From the NCBI GenBank assembly GCA_041738235.1, contig JBGSQF010000013.1:257899-321898 (forward strand): 64,000 nt of DNA. The letters run 5' to 3'. Under the pieces are notes generated by a model that worked only from the letters and a program-made list of their open reading frames with translations, made no database searches and was not told the origin of the DNA. Both the position numbers and the translations under genes were made by a program. This document shows positions 16,437 to 26,340 of this stretch, piece after piece (positions within the stretch are counted from its first letter, which is position 1; the number at the start of each line of letters is the position of its first letter). The DNA is from Minisyncoccia bacterium (GTDB lineage: Bacteria; Patescibacteriota; Minisyncoccia; Moranbacterales; GCA-2747515).

Positions 16437-16841
16437 TTACCAAACCTGACAGATATATTCTCCTCCCAGTCCCTTTCTATAAGCATCTTCACCAGTCATC
16501 ACTCCCTGAGAAGTTGAAATGATCGCTACTCCATATCCGCTTCTGATCTTTCGAATATCATCTCGTTGCACATAGCGTCGCTGTCCTTGTCGACTCACAC
16601 GTCGGATCTCAGAAATAGCCGGTTGACGTTCCGTTCTCGATATCTGTCGATATCCCAAAACCACCTTCATCATCGGACGATTCTCTATTTCCACCTTAGT
16701 CACAGAATGAATGAATTTTCGGCCTTCAAGAATCTTTGCGATCGCCCACTTCAAATTCGAAGCCGGTATGAATACCTCTTTCTTTCGAGCCATCTGAGCA
16801 TTACGAATTCTTGTAAGCATGTCGCTGATTTGATCCAACAT
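16437..16841 (-). CDS. rpsH: 30S ribosomal protein S8
   Basis: MLDQISDMLTRIRNAQMARKKEV...GEYICQVW. Confidence 0.9.
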   Translation of the reverse strand: MLDQISDMLTRIRNAQMARKKEVFIPASNLKWAIAKILEGRKFIHSVTKVEIENRPMMKVVLGYRQISRTERQPAISEIRRVSRQGQRRYVQRDDIRKIRSGYGVAIISTSQGVMTGEDAYRKGLGGEYICQVW

Positions 16842-16926
16842 AGAAACTGATTTCGTGAATTAAGTTATGGAATCTACCGATATGCCCGAAGGCATCACAT
16901 AAATTCCTTCTCCCACCTCTTTACTG

Positions 16927-17112
16927 CTACCACGACGACTTTCGTACACCGGGGATCTCTCCTTTGGAAGCTAGCTCTCGGAAACAAATTCGACACATGT
17001 TAAACTGTCGCATATAGCCATGTTTTCTACCACACTTCCAACAACGTCGAACTACTCGTGTCGAATATTTTGGCTTTTTTTCCGCTCGTGCTTGTACCGA
17101 TGTTTTCGCCAT
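16927..17112 (-). CDS. rpsZ: 30S ribosomal protein S14, Zn-binding type Z (61 aa)
   Basis: [39 protein letters not shown], Cys4 type. Confidence 0.9.
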   Translation of the reverse strand: MAKTSVQARAEKKPKYSTRVVRRCWKCGRKHGYMRQFNMCRICFRELASKGEIPGVRKSSW

Positions 17113-17138
17113 ACGTTTTCACTCTTCTTAGAAATAGA

Positions 17139-17699
17139 TTAACGATTGCTCTTTTCTTTCTGAATTGGGAATCCCAACGCTCGAAAAAGTGCTGTTCCCT
17201 CTTTATAACTCGTTGCTGTCGTTGTAATTGTGATCTGAATTCCAAATATTCTTGATACTCTCTCTGGTCGGATCTCAGGGAAGATAATGTGCTCCTTAAT
17301 ACCAATATTGAGATTTCCCGATCGGTCAACGGAGGTCTGCGTTATCCCTTGAAAGTCCCTTGTTCGTGGTAAAGCTCCATGCACCAATCGATCAAGAAAA
17401 TCCCACATACGCTGCTTCCTGAGCGTTACCTTAACACCAGCTGGCGCTCCCTCACGAACCTTAAATCCAGCAATAGCCTTCTTGATAACCGTTTGAAGAG
17501 GTTTTTGTCCAGTGATCACCGAGATCGTATTCACAACATCCTTTATTTGCTGATCTTCTTTGTGAATTTTTCCCACACCAACATTTACCGTTACTTTAAC
17601 GATCTTCGGAACATTAGATACGTTTTTGTACCCAAACTCCGACGCCAAGCTTGGCTTTACTTTAGTCTCATACCTATTTTTCAGAGAAAGTGTCTTCAT
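17139..17699 (-). CDS. rplE: 50S ribosomal protein L5
   Basis: LKNRYETKVKPSL...VPKIVKVTVNVGVG...ITITTTA. Confidence 0.9.
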   Translation of the reverse strand: MKTLSLKNRYETKVKPSLASEFGYKNVSNVPKIVKVTVNVGVGKIHKEDQQIKDVVNTISVITGQKPLQTVIKKAIAGFKVREGAPAGVKVTLRKQRMWDFLDRLVHGALPRTRDFQGITQTSVDRSGNLNIGIKEHIIFPEIRPERVSRIFGIQITITTTATSYKEGTALFRALGFPIQKEKSNR

Positions 17700-17702
17700 A
17701 CC

Positions 17703-18014
17703 CTACAGTATAGCATTACATTTTTTACAGGACCGATTCTTTTTCCCAGTTTTTTCATCAATCACATATCCTACACGAGCGATCTTAGAACATGACGGGC
17801 AAACCAAAGCCACATTCGAGACATCCACCGCACTTGGAACGTCCATGATCTGTCCTTTCTCTCCCTGCTTGCGAGGCTTCTTATGTCGTTTTACCGTATT
17901 GAGTCCAGCTACAACCACGCGCAAACGAGTCGGTATGGTTCTTTCCACAATACCCTTCTTTCCGGAATCCTTTCCGGCAAGCATAGCAACTGTATCTCCT
18001 TTTCGAATCTTCAT
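17703..18014 (-). CDS. rplX: 50S ribosomal protein L24
   Basis: MKIRKGDTVAMLAGKDSGKKGIV. KOW motif. C-terminal Cys4 cluster. Confidence 0.9.
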   Translation of the reverse strand: MKIRKGDTVAMLAGKDSGKKGIVERTIPTRLRVVVAGLNTVKRHKKPRKQGEKGQIMDVPSAVDVSNVALVCPSCSKIARVGYVIDEKTGKKNRSCKKCNAIL

Positions 18015-18127
18015 ATGATTATCGATGCAAATGTTACAAATTCTGTGCGAATGTTACGGGTGAATCCTTCCGAGGATATTTTCATTCGTTACATTCGTAT
18101 ACTGGTTTGCATTATGCGTATTGTTTA

Positions 18128-18493
18128 TTATAAAACTTCCGGTGCCAACGATATAATCTTATTAAAACCCTTGTCACGCAACTCTCTCGCCACCGGACCA
18201 AATACACGCGTTCCTTTCGGCTCCTTCTTTTCCACAATGATAGCGGCATTATCGTCAAATCGAATGTATGAACCATCCTTCCTACGAAAAGCTTTCTTCT
18301 GTCTTACAATAACCGCTCGAACCTTATTACCCTTCTTTACTGCTCCACGAGGATCAGATGACTTCACTGAAGCCACGATAATATCTCCGATGCCTGCGTA
18401 TCGTCTTCGACTTCCTCCGAGCACCTTAAAGCACTCGATCACTTTCGCTCCGGAATTATCTGCCACTACTAATTTGCTTTCCGCCTGTATCAT
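18128..18493 (-). CDS. rplN: 50S ribosomal protein L14
   Basis: [44 protein letters not shown]. Confidence 0.95.
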   Translation of the reverse strand: MIQAESKLVVADNSGAKVIECFKVLGGSRRRYAGIGDIIVASVKSSDPRGAVKKGNKVRAVIVRQKKAFRRKDGSYIRFDDNAAIIVEKKEPKGTRVFGPVARELRDKGFNKIISLAPEVL

Positions 18494-18498
18494 ATGTC

Positions 18499-18732
18499 TT
18501 ATTCAACAACTTTAAATTTTTTGGTCTTACTGATCGGGCGACACCCCACAAATTCAACCACATCTCCCACATTCTGGGCATCTGAATCAGTATGAACATG
18601 ATATTTCTTCGATGATCGGTATTTCTTGAGATATTTTGGGTGCGTCTTATATGTCACAACCTCAACCACAAGAGTACTTCCGTTCTTTCGAATAATTGTT
18701 CCGCTAAATTTTTGCATCACTGTTGCTTCCAT
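18499..18732 (-). CDS. rpsQ: 30S ribosomal protein S17
   Basis: [41 protein letters not shown]. Confidence 0.9.
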   Translation of the reverse strand: MEATVMQKFSGTIIRKNGSTLVVEVVTYKTHPKYLKKYRSSKKYHVHTDSDAQNVGDVVEFVGCRPISKTKKFKVVE

Positions 18733-18761
18733 AGAGAATTGATTGACTTGTCATGTATAAA

Positions 18762-18959
18762 TTAAACCTGTTTACTCTTCTGCCCAATCGCTGTCAGCAG
18801 TCGAGCAAGATAACGACGAGTGGCTCGCTGTAACCGGTTATTCTTCACCTCTTTGGTCGATCTGTCAAATCGAGCAACACGCAAAGACTCCCGGGTTTCC
18901 GCAGCAAGGATCTTCAATTCATCCACGTTCTTTCCAATGATTTCATTAAACTTTTCCAT
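18762..18959 (-). CDS. rpmC: 50S ribosomal protein L29
   Basis: 65 aa; ELKILAAETRESLRVARFDRSTKEVKNNRLQRATRR; position between L16 and S17. Confidence 0.85.
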   Translation of the reverse strand: MEKFNEIIGKNVDELKILAAETRESLRVARFDRSTKEVKNNRLQRATRRYLARLLTAIGQKSKQV

Positions 18960-18971
18960 ATATGTCCAATA

Positions 18972-19388
18972 TTATTGAGCGTGTCTTCGTACAAATCGAG
19001 TCTTCACTGCCAATTTATGAGATGCCAGACGCATTGCCTCTTTTGCAATGTCCTCACTCACTCCATCCATCTCAAACAATATGCGCCCTGGTCGAACTTT
19101 TGCTACATAAAAATCAACAGCTCCTTTTCCCTTTCCCATAGGAGTTTCGGCACCCTTCTTGGTCATTGGCATATCGGGAAATATGCGAATCCAGATCTTC
19201 CCACCTCGCTGTACATAACGAGTCATCGCGCGTCTTGAGGCCTCGATCTGACGAGCAGAAACAAGCCCTGCTGTCATAGCCTTTATTCCGTAACTTCCAA
19301 AGCTTACCCGAGCACCCTTATCCGTTGGGCCCTTCAGCATGCCACCTCGTTGCATCTTTCTAAATTTTGTCTTCTTGGGCATCAACAT
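18972..19388 (-). CDS. rplP: 50S ribosomal protein L16
   Basis: [20 protein letters not shown]...[45 protein letters not shown]. Confidence 0.95.
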   Translation of the reverse strand: MLMPKKTKFRKMQRGGMLKGPTDKGARVSFGSYGIKAMTAGLVSARQIEASRRAMTRYVQRGGKIWIRIFPDMPMTKKGAETPMGKGKGAVDFYVAKVRPGRILFEMDGVSEDIAKEAMRLASHKLAVKTRFVRRHAQ

Positions 19389-19410
19389 ACGCGTTGTCCT
19401 TGTTCTTTAC

Positions 19411-20100
19411 TTATTTCTCTGATTTCTCAACGTCCTCACTACTCACTTCATTCCGGTCAACAATTGCCTCCCCTTTATAGATCCATACCTTTACGCCGAT
19501 CACTCCATAGGTGGTATACGCATTGGTATGTGCATAATCAATATTTGCTCTCAGTGTATGCAAAGGGATCGAACCTCTCGAAAGCCACTCATCTCGCGAC
19601 ATTTCCGCTCCTCCTAATCGCCCTGATATTGCTATCTTCACTCCTTTGATCTCTCGATTCTTTTCAGCTTGATCCAACGCTGATTTTAAAGCTCTTCGAA
19701 ATGGTGTGCGTTTTTCTAGCTGTTCTGCGACATTCTGTCCCAGTAATGATGCACTCTCCTCAAAGTTTCGAATTTCTTGAATGTCCATCTTGATCTCATC
19801 TTTTGTGCCTGAAAAAAAATGTTTCTTGATCTTTTGGATCATATCTTCTATTCCAGAACCACCCCTTCCAATAATAACTCCGGGTCGAGAAGTTCGAACA
19901 ATAATCCGCATGAAGTTTCGTGATCGTTCAATAGCCACATCCGCCACAGAAGCCGATTTCCACTGCTTCGTGATGAATTCACGGACACGAATATCTTCCT
20001 CCAATCGCTTAGAAAAATTCTTTCCACTCCCAAACCAACGAGACGCCCATGTCTTGTTGATCCCGATTCGCAGTCCTACTGGATTTACTTTCTGACCCAT
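19411..20100 (-). CDS. rpsC: 30S ribosomal protein S3
   Basis: MGQKVNPVGLRIGINKTWASRWF... KH domain ...ISGRLGGAEMSRDEWLSRGSIPLHTLRANIDYA. Confidence 0.95.
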   Translation of the reverse strand: MGQKVNPVGLRIGINKTWASRWFGSGKNFSKRLEEDIRVREFITKQWKSASVADVAIERSRNFMRIIVRTSRPGVIIGRGGSGIEDMIQKIKKHFFSGTKDEIKMDIQEIRNFEESASLLGQNVAEQLEKRTPFRRALKSALDQAEKNREIKGVKIAISGRLGGAEMSRDEWLSRGSIPLHTLRANIDYAHTNAYTTYGVIGVKVWIYKGEAIVDRNEVSSEDVEKSEK

Positions 20101-20121
20101 AATTACAGGTAGTAAAATATG

Positions 20122-20643
20122 TTATGCTGATTTTCGCTGAAACATCTTCTGAGAAAAACCGCCTGATTTCTTTCCCTTTTTCTCTGCAGATTTAACATCT
20201 GTTTTGTTAAGGTCTGATCTCTTCTTATCTGTCAATTTCCTCTTTTCGTCACTCTTACGCTTCTTCTTCTCTGCAGCTATTTCCTCCTTGGTCTTTCTTC
20301 CCGCCCCTTCAACAAATTCCTCCAGAACCAAAGTAATGCGCGATGTTCTTTTATGAATCTCTGTAGCTCGTCCAAATGCACGCGGCATCCATCGTTTCAT
20401 GGTTGGCCCCTCGTCAACACGCATTTCGAAGACGTACAGGTTTTTTCGATCTAAACCGAAATTATTCTCAGCGTTCGCCAATGCACTTACTACTAACTTC
20501 TTCACCTGCAGCGATGACAGTTTACTCGATCGATCAAGCTGCGTCATTGCATCCTCCACCGGCAAACCTTTCACAAGCGTCGTTAAAAGACGCACTTTGC
20601 GAGGAGAAACTCTATAATTTTTCAGAAATGCTCGTACTTTCAC
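20122..20643 (-). CDS. rplV: 50S ribosomal protein L22 with a ~60-aa Lys-rich C-terminal extension
   Basis: MKVRAFLKNYRVSPRKVRLL...AENNFGLDRKNLYVFEMRVDEGPTMKRWMPRAFGRATEIHKRTSRITLVLEE. Confidence 0.9.
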   Translation of the reverse strand: MKVRAFLKNYRVSPRKVRLLTTLVKGLPVEDAMTQLDRSSKLSSLQVKKLVVSALANAENNFGLDRKNLYVFEMRVDEGPTMKRWMPRAFGRATEIHKRTSRITLVLEEFVEGAGRKTKEEIAAEKKKRKSDEKRKLTDKKRSDLNKTDVKSAEKKGKKSGGFSQKMFQRKSA

Positions 20644-20661
20644 ACGCGTACTCGATTATAA

Positions 20662-20979
20662 TTATTTCTTTCCAGCAGCAGGAGCGGCGCTTGTTTTCTT
20701 GCTTTGCTCCATCTCTTTCTGGATCTTTCCACCATGACGGACAAAGTGCCGTGTTGGAGAAAATTCTCCCAATTTATGTCCCACCATATCTTCCGTCACC
20801 AACACCTCAACAAATGTCTTTCCATTATGTACCCCGAAACGAAACCCGACCATATCCGGAGCAATAGTACAATCTCGTGCCCAGGTCTTTATAAGTCCCG
20901 CTTCTCCAGGTTTCTTTCCCTGGATCTTTCGGATCACCCGATAATCCACAAATGGTCCCTTCTTTAAACTTCTTGCCAT
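20662..20979 (-). CDS. rpsS: 30S ribosomal protein S19
   Basis: [12 protein letters not shown]...[33 protein letters not shown]. Confidence 0.95.
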   Translation of the reverse strand: MARSLKKGPFVDYRVIRKIQGKKPGEAGLIKTWARDCTIAPDMVGFRFGVHNGKTFVEVLVTEDMVGHKLGEFSPTRHFVRHGGKIQKEMEQSKKTSAAPAAGKK

Positions 20980-21001
20980 ACAAATCTCACTCTATATATA
21001 A

Positions 21002-21835
21002 TTATCGCTTCTTTGTTCTTCGCTTGAGAATAAATATACTGCTTGCCTTCTTCTTTCTTCGCGTCTTCTTTCCCAGCGCCGTCTTTCCCCATGGAGTCTT
21101 TGGTTGCTTGAGTCCGATTCCCTGCTTTCCTTCTCCTCCTCCATGTGGGTGATCTACCGGGTTCATTGCCGATCCTCGAACTGCCGGACGACGTCCCATC
21201 CATCGAGCTCGTCCCGCCTTTCCAATGCGAACAGATCCATGTTCAAAATTACTCACTTGTCCGATAGTAGCATAACATTCAGAGTTTACCAATCGAATCT
21301 CGCTTGAACTCAACTTGACCTGTGTCTTTGCGCCATCTTGACCCATAACAGTCGCCATAGACCCAGCACTTCTAACAATTTGTGCTCCTTTTCCAGGTGT
21401 CATTTCTATAAGGCATACCGTATGTCCAGAAAGGATATTTTTGAGCTTTAGCCGATTTCCCTCCTCTATAGGGGCATTTTCACCAGAGACTATTGATACG
21501 CCAACTTTCATATTGGCCGTTGCAACCACGTAGCACTTGTCACCATCAGCATATTGCACTAGCGCGATCAGAGCGGACCGGTAAGGATCTTTTTCGATAG
21601 CTACAACACGACCCGGGATTCCAAACTTATCCTGCGTAAAATCAACCATTCGGTACCGACGCTTATGCCCCCCTCCTTTATGACGGACGGAAATCTTTCC
21701 CCCAGAGCGACCAGAAAAATTCTGGATCGTTTTGAGCAAGCGCTTCTCTGGACTCTTCTCCGTTACAACGTCTGACTTCACAACAGACATTGCACGTCGA
21801 CCAGCCGTATTTTTTCGATATATCTTAATTGCCAT
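21002..21835 (-). CDS. rplB: 50S ribosomal protein L2
   Basis: RRPAVRGSAMNPVDHPHGGGEGK; GRVVAIEKDPYRSALIALVQYADG. Confidence 0.95.
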   Translation of the reverse strand: MAIKIYRKNTAGRRAMSVVKSDVVTEKSPEKRLLKTIQNFSGRSGGKISVRHKGGGHKRRYRMVDFTQDKFGIPGRVVAIEKDPYRSALIALVQYADGDKCYVVATANMKVGVSIVSGENAPIEEGNRLKLKNILSGHTVCLIEMTPGKGAQIVRSAGSMATVMGQDGAKTQVKLSSSEIRLVNSECYATIGQVSNFEHGSVRIGKAGRARWMGRRPAVRGSAMNPVDHPHGGGEGKQGIGLKQPKTPWGKTALGKKTRRKKKASSIFILKRRTKKR

Positions 21836-21844
21836 ATTCCTTGT

Positions 21845-22243
21845 TTATACTCCTTCAAATAATGCTATCGTTTCCCCTTTCCGAAGAGAAACAATCGCTT
21901 TTTTCAGCCGTCTAGTATATCCCACATCTTTTCCACGAACACGCTTCTTCGGCTTTACACGTGAGGTAGAAACACTCTTTACATGAACTCCATATATCTG
22001 TTCCACGGCTTTCTTGATCTCAAATTTATTCACATCATAATTCGTAAAAAAAGCATACTGCCCTGACGTGGATATTGCGTGAACCTTCTCCGTTACCATA
22101 GGACGAAGCAAGATATCAGCATACGCACTATTCTTTGAAGAAACAGGAAGGGCCACTTTCTTCGGGGCTACCTTTTTAGAGGCTGCTTTCTTAGGAGCTA
22201 CCTTCTTAGTCTCATCTTCAGTTTTTTGGGTAAAAAATGCCAT
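21845..22243 (-). CDS. rplW: 50S ribosomal protein L23 with a Lys/Ala-rich N-terminal extension
   Basis: ILLRPMVTEKVHAISTSGQYAFFTNYDVNKFEIKKAVEQIYGVHVKSV. Confidence 0.9.
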   Translation of the reverse strand: MAFFTQKTEDETKKVAPKKAASKKVAPKKVALPVSSKNSAYADILLRPMVTEKVHAISTSGQYAFFTNYDVNKFEIKKAVEQIYGVHVKSVSTSRVKPKKRVRGKDVGYTRRLKKAIVSLRKGETIALFEGV

Positions 22244-22270
22244 ACGTTTTTACTAATTCAGATCAAATCG

Positions 22271-22903
22271 TTATTGTAATCGTTTTTCCAAAGCTTGTAC
22301 CGCCTGCTTGGTTAGTATCAAATTCTTGGTATTGAGAACTGTGTATACATTCAAATCTTCAGCAAATACTCCTTGTACTTTCTCAATGTTCATCAATGAT
22401 CGAAGTGCTTTTTCTTCCTCTCGACCAATTCCCAAGATCACAGAACCCTTCAATTTCATCGAATCAATGGCCTTTGCCATATCCTTGGTCTTTTCAAAAA
22501 CAGTTTCAGGCATTTCTATCACCACACAATTATTTTCTCGAACCTTTCCACTTAAAGCTATTGCCGTTGCTTTTCTTCGCATCTTCACATTCAAAGAACG
22601 GACATAGTTTCTCTCATTTCTTGGGCCAAAGGTTATCCCTCCTTTACGCCAGATCGGACTTCGAACAGATCCTACACGTGCCCGTCCCGTTCCTTTCTGT
22701 TTCCAGGGCTTCTTTCCTGATCCAGCACGTTCTGCACGGTTCTTGGTATGTGCTGTTGCCAAACGAAGATTTCCCGCGATGATCGTGTAAGCCTGGTGCA
22801 AAAGATCCTCATTCCATGCCAAACCAAACACTTTCTCCGAAACAGAGAGGTCTTCCACTTTCTTACCAACAGTATTCAACACTGGAATTTTTATCATACT
22901 CAT
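22271..22903 (-). CDS. rplD: 50S ribosomal protein L4 (start trimmed to internal MSMIK because the track ORF overlaps rplC)
   Basis: GSGKKPWKQKGTGRARVGSVRSPIWRKGGITFGP. Confidence 0.9.
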   Translation of the reverse strand: MSMIKIPVLNTVGKKVEDLSVSEKVFGLAWNEDLLHQAYTIIAGNLRLATAHTKNRAERAGSGKKPWKQKGTGRARVGSVRSPIWRKGGITFGPRNERNYVRSLNVKMRRKATAIALSGKVRENNCVVIEMPETVFEKTKDMAKAIDSMKLKGSVILGIGREEEKALRSLMNIEKVQGVFAEDLNVYTVLNTKNLILTKQAVQALEKRLQ

Positions 22904-22913
22904 ATTCAATAAT

Positions 22914-23486
22914 TCATTCGGCACTTCGCACAGAAACAATACTACCAATACTTCCGGGAACTGCTCCGCAGACTCCTATAATATTCTTATTCAGATCAAT
23001 GTATTCTATCTTCGATCCCTTTATCGTACATCGCTCTCCACCCATCCGTCCCCCCATGCGTTTTCCTTTTACTACATGTTCTGGAAAGGAAGAACCAATA
23101 GAGCCAGGCGCGCGGTGATCGTGCTTGTGTCCATGTGTTTGATCAGACCCCTTGAATCCATGTCTCTTCACTACACCCTGAAAACCTTTCCCTTTGGTCG
23201 TGCCGATAATAACCACCTTATCTCCTTCGGAAAAATTGGCAACTGTAACCTCAGAACCCACCTCCGCCTGCACATCTTCTTCCATTCGAAATTCTTTCTT
23301 TCCCTGCTTTCTTGAGGATATAGGGTAAGAAAGTTGAACAGCAACATACCCATCACGATCCCGCGTTCGAACAAATGATACAGCATTAGGAAGACATTCC
23401 AAAATCGTAAGTGTTCGAGCACCCTTTTCTGCACTATACATCGTCGTCATGCCTAATTTTTTTCCTACTATACATTTCATAAACAA
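22914..23486 (-). CDS. rplC: 50S ribosomal protein L3
   Basis: GKKLGMTTMYSAEKGARTLTILEC...TKGKGFQGVVKRHGFKG. Confidence 0.9.
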   Translation of the reverse strand: MFMKCIVGKKLGMTTMYSAEKGARTLTILECLPNAVSFVRTRDRDGYVAVQLSYPISSRKQGKKEFRMEEDVQAEVGSEVTVANFSEGDKVVIIGTTKGKGFQGVVKRHGFKGSDQTHGHKHDHRAPGSIGSSFPEHVVKGKRMGGRMGGERCTIKGSKIEYIDLNKNIIGVCGAVPGSIGSIVSVRSAE

Positions 23487-23663
23487 TGATCACTACTAGA
23501 AAAATCTTAATCGGTCAGGATGCATCTATACTAATAAAAAAGCCGGTCAAATGAAGGCCGGCGCGCATACTGCGCGTCATATGCCCCATTTAGTATCCCT
23601 CCTTAATAGAAGGACTTTAACAGGTTTCGAAACACTCTCCTCACTTAAACTTCTAAAGATCGT

Positions 23664-23999
23664 CTACATTCGAATTTCTACATCCACTCCAGCCGGAAGA
23701 TCAATATTGGTCAGAGCCTCTATTGTCTTCGGATTCGGATCCACAATATCAACTAAACGCTTGTGCACGCGCATCTCATACTGGTCACGAGCATCCTTGT
23801 GCACAAATGTTGAGCTGTTTACAGTCATCTTATGGATCTCGGTCGGAAGAGGAACTGGCCCTGTAACCTTTGATCCCGCTCGTTCAACTGTTTCAATGAT
23901 CTTTCGCGCTGATCGGTCAATGATCTTGCTATCAAAAGCTTTGATCTTTATTCGTATCCTTGCCTGCTGTTGAGCAGAATCATTTTTCTTCGTTGCCAT
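23664..23999 (-). CDS. rpsJ: 30S ribosomal protein S10
   Basis: IRIKIKAFDSKIIDRSARKIIETVERAGSKVTGPVPLPTEIHKMTVNSSTFVHKDARDQYEMRVHKRLVDI. Confidence 0.95.
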   Translation of the reverse strand: MATKKNDSAQQQARIRIKIKAFDSKIIDRSARKIIETVERAGSKVTGPVPLPTEIHKMTVNSSTFVHKDARDQYEMRVHKRLVDIVDPNPKTIEALTNIDLPAGVDVEIRM

Positions 24000-24107
24000 T
24001 CCCGTACAATAATTTTTTTAAAAACCTTTTCCACTTTTTAAGGGAAAAGGGTCGGGACAGCTCCACTAAAGGAAACATCCCGACTACTTTTCACTTCAAA
24101 AGACAAT

Positions 24108-25298
24108 TTATTTGAGAATCTTTGTTGCTACACCAGCTCCTACGGTTCTGCCTCCTTCTCGAATAGCAAAGCGCATTCCCTCCTCCATAGCAACTGGGGC
24201 CATCAATTTTACCTTAAGGGAAACGGTGTCTCCTGGCATTACCATCTCTGTACCCTCAGGAAGCTCCACTTCTCCAGTCACATCAGTCGTTCGAATATAG
24301 AATTGTGGCTTATATCCCTTGAAGAATGGGGTGTGTCGTCCACCTTCCTCTTTGGTCAACACATAAACCTCTCCTTCAAATTCAGTATGTGGTGTGATCG
24401 ATCCGATCTTTGCAAGCACCTGACCTCGTTCTACATCCTCCTTCTTAACTCCTCGAAGCAAGATACCCGCATTGTCTCCTGCAGTACCCTTGTCCAATTG
24501 CTTATTGAACATTTCAATACCGGTCACAACAGTCTTTACCGTAGGACGAAGTCCAACGATTTCCACCTCTTCGTTCAAATTCACCTCTCCTCGTTCAATT
24601 CTTCCTGTTACCACCGTTCCTCGTCCTTCAATGGAGAATATATCTTCAATAGGCATCAAATACGGCTTATCTGTCTCTCGAACTGGATCGGGAATGTTGG
24701 CATCCAAAGCAGCAACTAGATCAAGAATGGGCTTTGCAGCCTCATCTTCCGGTGTCTTTGTATCCAACGCCTTCAAGGCGCTTCCTCGAACGATAACTGC
24801 GTTATCTCCATCAAACTCATACTTACTCAGCAATTCGCGCACTTCAGCCTCAACCAAATCTACCAATTCCGCGTCATCTACCATATCCACCTTATTGAGA
24901 AATACCACGATCGCAGGTACGCCCACCTGACGAGCCAAGAGAATGTGCTCTCGTGTCTGAGGCATAGGGCCATCGGTGGCGCTCACCACCAATATCGCCC
25001 CGTCCATCTGAGCTGCTCCAGTGATCATGTTCTTGATATAGTCGGCATGTCCAGGACAATCCACATGTGCGTAGTGCCGAGCATCTGATTCATACTCACA
25101 GTGAGCTGTAGCAATGGTAATACCACGCTCACGCTCTTCTGGAGCATTGTCGATCTCATCAACCCTTCGCTCCTTAGCCTGACCCTTCAAACTCAAAACA
25201 TGCAAAAGAGCCGCGGTAAGAGTAGTCTTTCCGTGGTCAACATGTCCGATAGTACCAACGTTTACGTGAGGCTTAACTCGTTGAAATTGCTCCGCCAT
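24108..25298 (-). CDS. tuf: Translation elongation factor Tu
   Basis: [23 protein letters not shown]...[26 protein letters not shown]...NKVDMVDD. Confidence 0.97.
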   Translation of the reverse strand: MAEQFQRVKPHVNVGTIGHVDHGKTTLTAALLHVLSLKGQAKERRVDEIDNAPEERERGITIATAHCEYESDARHYAHVDCPGHADYIKNMITGAAQMDGAILVVSATDGPMPQTREHILLARQVGVPAIVVFLNKVDMVDDAELVDLVEAEVRELLSKYEFDGDNAVIVRGSALKALDTKTPEDEAAKPILDLVAALDANIPDPVRETDKPYLMPIEDIFSIEGRGTVVTGRIERGEVNLNEEVEIVGLRPTVKTVVTGIEMFNKQLDKGTAGDNAGILLRGVKKEDVERGQVLAKIGSITPHTEFEGEVYVLTKEEGGRHTPFFKGYKPQFYIRTTDVTGEVELPEGTEMVMPGDTVSLKVKLMAPVAMEEGMRFAIREGGRTVGAGVATKILK

Positions 25299-25445
25299 AT
25301 ACTTTTATATCCGATAAGGGTGGCGAAAAAATACTTCTCGCAACACATTTATCGTTTGCTCTTTAATGATTATTTAGTTTAAAAAGAGTAAAACAAAAAA
25401 AGAAAAACTATCACAACAACACGCCATATCGCACGTATCTTTGAG

Positions 25446-25474
25446 AATCATAACAAAACATGAAATTCTTGTCA
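25446..25474 (-). promoter_or_regulatory. Sigma70-like promoter (TTGACA-17nt-TATGAT on the minus strand) between the tRNA and tuf
   Basis: Minus strand reads cccTTGACAagaatttcatgttttgtTATGATtctca, about 140 nt upstream of the tuf ATG. Confidence 0.5.
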
Positions 25475-25557
25475 AGGGCAGGCATTCTGTGCCCAGGATT
25501 CCCTCACCAGAGCCTTTTACACATTGTACACAAAAAACGGGTTCTTTTTTTGTTTGG

Positions 25558-25630
25558 TGGGCGCAGAGGGATTCGAACCCCCGACCGTTTGCTTAAAAGG
25601 CAACTGCTCTACCGACTGAGCTATGCGCCC
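25558..25630 (-). tRNA. tRNA-Lys (anticodon UUU), 73 nt, CCA encoded downstream (25555-25557)
   Basis: Reverse complement GGGCGCATAGCTCAGTCGGTAGAGCAGTTGCCTTTTAAGCAAACGGTCGGGGGTTCGAATCCCTCTGCGCCCA folds as a cloverleaf: 7-bp acceptor, GCTC/GAGC D-stem, anticodon loop CTTTTAA, and GGTTCGAATCC T-loop. Confidence 0.85.
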
Positions 25631-25717
25631 AAACAATCCTATTACTACAAAAAACATGGCCTTCGCCAAACACACAGTAAGTGTACGGAAAATAATCGAT
25701 ATGTCAAATCCCCCAAA

Positions 25718-26206
25718 CTATCTCCATTTCTTTTTTACTACAAAAAGGAACAACAACGGGAATACCATCCAAAAAACCCGAGCCCACGGGCCCGCAAGGT
25801 ATCCGTACGTTTGCTTTGAAATAATATCAGATAGAACGTTCCACGGAACCAATGCGGTGGCAGCACTCACAAACGCTCCAACGGCAAGAAAGCCAACTAT
25901 GACCCCTCTCCACACATTTTCAGCCACTTCTGCATTTACGTCAAAAAGATACTCATCCAAGAACGTGAGCGCCAAAACTAGCATAGTAAATGCTACAAGA
26001 ACATATATAGGATCTTTTGGAACATACTCCGCAGGAACGATAGCAAACAAAGCGGAAGAAAAATACACACTAGCAAGCAAAGCCATGAGACGGTATCTGC
26101 CTATTAAAAACCCCAGTCCAATGCCAATCGCGGCCAAAATGAGAAAAAAAAGAATATCCCCAAGCATCGCACCAGAGATCCCGTATTGAACAAGTAGTTT
26201 TTCCAT
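25718..26206 (-). CDS. Small polytopic membrane protein (about 4-5 TM), function unknown
   Basis: Hydrophobic segments LGDILFFLILAAIGIGLGFLI, LMALLASVYFSSALFAIV, IYVLVAFTMLVLALTFL, GVIVGFLAVGAFVSAATALV, VFWMVFPLLFLFVV. Confidence 0.6.
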   Translation of the reverse strand: MEKLLVQYGISGAMLGDILFFLILAAIGIGLGFLIGRYRLMALLASVYFSSALFAIVPAEYVPKDPIYVLVAFTMLVLALTFLDEYLFDVNAEVAENVWRGVIVGFLAVGAFVSAATALVPWNVLSDIISKQTYGYLAGPWARVFWMVFPLLFLFVVKKKWR

Positions 26207-26295
26207 ATGTCTAGATGTTTATTCGCAACATAGTACATCACGATCATACCACATTCTGAGAAGTTTGAGGAGGTCTTTCCGAGCGTACCTTTTCT

Positions 26296-26304
26296 TGCTA
26301 TAAT
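26296..26304 (+). promoter_or_regulatory. Extended -10 element (TGCTATAAT) upstream of the PEGA-domain gene
   Basis: cttgctataatagagac lies about 37 nt upstream of the GTG start at 26341. Confidence 0.35.
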
Positions 26305-26340
26305 AGAGACAATCATTTTTACATTTGTTTTTACACTCTT

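Noticed and set aside
17883-18515. 210-aa plus-strand ORF overlapping rplN/rplX
   Set aside because: Antisense to highly conserved ribosomal protein genes. Spurious.
25460-26189. Plus-strand ORFs 25460..25819 and 25623..26189
   Set aside because: They overlap the tRNA-Lys and are antisense to the membrane-protein gene. No support.
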